Source: Catajapyx aquilonaris (Eukaryota). Taken from it: DNA of 20,000 nucleotides. Each line of letters opens with the position of its first letter. Positions within the stretch are counted from its first letter, which is position 1. A model generated the notes under the pieces. The model searched no databases. It saw nothing but the letters and a program-made list of their open reading frames with translations, and was not told where the DNA came from. Positions 17,668 to 20,000 of the stretch are shown one piece after another. The stretch is from positions 44,366 through 64,365 of the forward strand of contig KZ538554.1 of assembly GCA_000934665.2 (NCBI GenBank), given 5' to 3'. Both the position numbers and the translations under genes were made by a program.

Positions 17668-20000
17668 AATCAAAGAGGTTGAACGGATGGTTGGAATGTA
17701 TTCAGATGCCGGTGAAAGTAAAGACTCTATTAGGTAAAGAAATCCGTCTTTTTTCTACCCAGGCTTTTTGCAGGAATGACGTGAAAGAGTTCAAAAGAGA
17801 ATCGTCGGGCCTAGGTAGGGAAGTCGCATAAGGACATCATGCGCATAAACGCAAAGCCAAGCTCTCTAATTTTCCAGATTGCCTCTGGAGTACACTCTAT
17901 TATCTTTTGCTAGAACATGAAAGTGCGCATGGAGTTGCACGCTTAATTAGCTTCGATCTGGTTGGAATTGGCTCGTTTTGGAGTTGGTGCAGTCCTATTC
18001 TAAGCGTATTGCGAGAATGCGATAAGGCACGGCACCATTCTTTACTGCAGGCTGCCTGTATTTACGTATATATAGGGCAGCATGGATTTAGCGTCGAACA
18101 TTGTGCGCTCTACGTTATCAGAATGCTGTAATTTATAGACAAAAAATTCCGGCATGCACTCCCTCTATACTTTGTAGCATGCAACCAGGGCATGGAATAA
18201 CCAAGCAGGCATTCCAAACATCTGACGTGGAAAAAATGCGCAAAATTTTTCCTAATCATGAAGCTTCCTTCCTAGTTGGATACTGTCTTGATCTTCGAAA
18301 TGAGCGGATGAACTCACATGACTCGCTCATGCGACTATAGAAACTAAGTAAAAAAAGAAAAAGCATCCCCGAGATGAAATTCGCAAACTTGTGCAACAAC
18401 CACGATTACCATTTACTAACTTTTCCCCTCCTTTCCATTGGCGAAGAAGCGAGTCGGAGTTACGTTAATCGAGATGAAGTAGCTCATATCAGAGGGTGGA
18501 TAGGCTGTCCTAACGATGTCGCGGATAACCCATTTCCCGGAGCCCAAAAGTTAAGATGGCGGAAGAGAGTTGAGGCGGAGGAGGAATTGTCAGGGGCAGG
18601 CACAAGACGACGTCTTTCGCCTTATTCCTTTAGGCCTCATTTCTCATCATCACTTTGCCTCCATCCCCAGAACACATTTGCCACGTCCCTTTTCATTTGT
18701 TTTCCCCTCCTCCCTGCGCGCCCTCTGCCATTTTGGAGACATTTGGAAGCCATTCATCACGCCAGGTGGCTCTCGGGACAGCAGCATGGCCGACCTCCCG
18801 GATGTGTGTTAACAAGCTGCTTCACACCCATCTTGGGGGCCCGACTTGTGCACAGATACAAATGAGTTGTGTGTAGCTGGTGGGCCGACAGAAGAAGGCC
18901 TTTTGCTTGCTCTCCAGAGGAAATAGCGGCACCAGTGTAGCCAGATGTTGTTTCATCCGGAGATTGCAGGCGAAGCACGGCATTATTAGAACCGAGCTAA
19001 CAATGCACCTCGTTAGTGTCACCATCAAAGTAAAATGTCACTGGGATCATCCCTGCACGGCCGCTATTATGGCCTTATCGACTTGAACGGGCTTGAACCG
19101 ATGACTCCCTTTGAAACCCAGTAACAAACACGGTGATGGCGTTTGGGACTCCCCACCTCTGGACCGACTGACTGCCCATCCCCAATCTCCAAAGAAGCCT
19201 GAAAATTTCAAAGTCACTTATCGGACGGCCATCTCCGGGCCCTGATGCTCCGTTGCAGACGTCCCGTTGCTTTATCGCCAGCATTTATTGGTCATGATCG
19301 CAGTTCAAAGTGGCTGGCGGCCCTTCGTTAGGAACCTTCTGCCATGTCGACCCCACCTCCCTCCCTCGTGCCTATATGCTGTATATATAGAGAGGTCTAC
19401 ATATCCCCTGGCAGCCTTTCGATTTTCAATTTGATCCGCATGGTCAGTGCTTTTGATCGGCCCGCAGTAAGATCAACAGTTTCAGACCAGCTCAGCTCCC
19501 CAATGGCGCCCCGGCACCATCTTGCTGGACTTTGCCAGCCTTGCGACTGCGGGCGCGAACGACCGCTTTTGATACTCTCTGGCAAAAAATTAAGAGGTAC
19601 TTAAACCCCCCAGAAACGTCGCATAGGATAGTCGTTACATGCACTACATGAATCTGACTGCCAGCCTTGCCAAACGAACTGCACTTGTCTGAAAACAACA
19701 CGATAACATCCGTCCGTCCGGAATGTGTACAATTAGCAACGCAAAAGCCACTTCTTGCGGAATGACGAGAGCAGCAGCAGCGACGGAAGATCCAATGGGC
19801 CCATTTTTCCTTGCTAATTGCGAGTCCGAAATCCCTCAGCTGACCAACTGGCGCCAAGCGTCCCAGAAACAGCACAAACGGCAGCTGCTTCTATACTTGT
19901 CCCTAGCCTATATGTATGTCCCAACCGCCCTCTAATGGGCCAAACTCCGACTGTATACCAACATCTCTCTCTCTCCCTGCTAATGTTTCATCGCTCGCAC

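Noticed and set aside
13..19935. All listed six-frame ORFs as protein-coding genes, including the 163-aa ORF at 18374-18865
   Set aside because: They are short and mutually overlapping, many start at non-ATG codons, their composition resembles translated non-coding DNA, and I recognise no domain. Small spliced exons cannot be excluded without RNA-seq or BLASTX.
1..20000. Prokaryotic or viral systems (CRISPR array, operon, IS element, retron)
   Set aside because: There are no regularly spaced repeats and no gene-dense architecture. Microsatellites and metazoan motifs indicate eukaryotic non-coding DNA.

Overview
This window looks like non-coding animal DNA, either intergenic or a large intron. 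It is not prokaryotic, phage or organellar. The six-frame ORFs are short (at most 163 aa), overlap on both strands and match no family I recognise. I found no confident CDS, tRNA, rRNA, CRISPR array, transposase or reverse transcriptase. By eye, AT-rich blocks alternate with GC/CpG-rich blocks, and CpG is not obviously depleted. That points to an invertebrate genome; my unverified impression is lancelet-like. The firmest signals are three long fold-back inverted repeats with unrelated arms: 3268-3334 (perfect 33-bp arms), 4590-4716 (MITE-like, branched centre) and 16252-16328 (36-bp arms, 2 mismatches). There is also a smaller fold-back at 3635-3677, several G-quadruplex motifs and microsatellites. 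The GC-rich blocks hold clusters of metazoan transcription-factor motifs: a promoter-like island at about 11.45-11.75 kb, Pbx-Hox/Meis and Cdx/posterior-Hox clusters, and recurrent YY1/Pho cores and CCACGTGG E-boxes. This is consistent with the regulatory landscape of a developmental gene, but that reading is inference from motifs only. I cannot support a novel gene system here.
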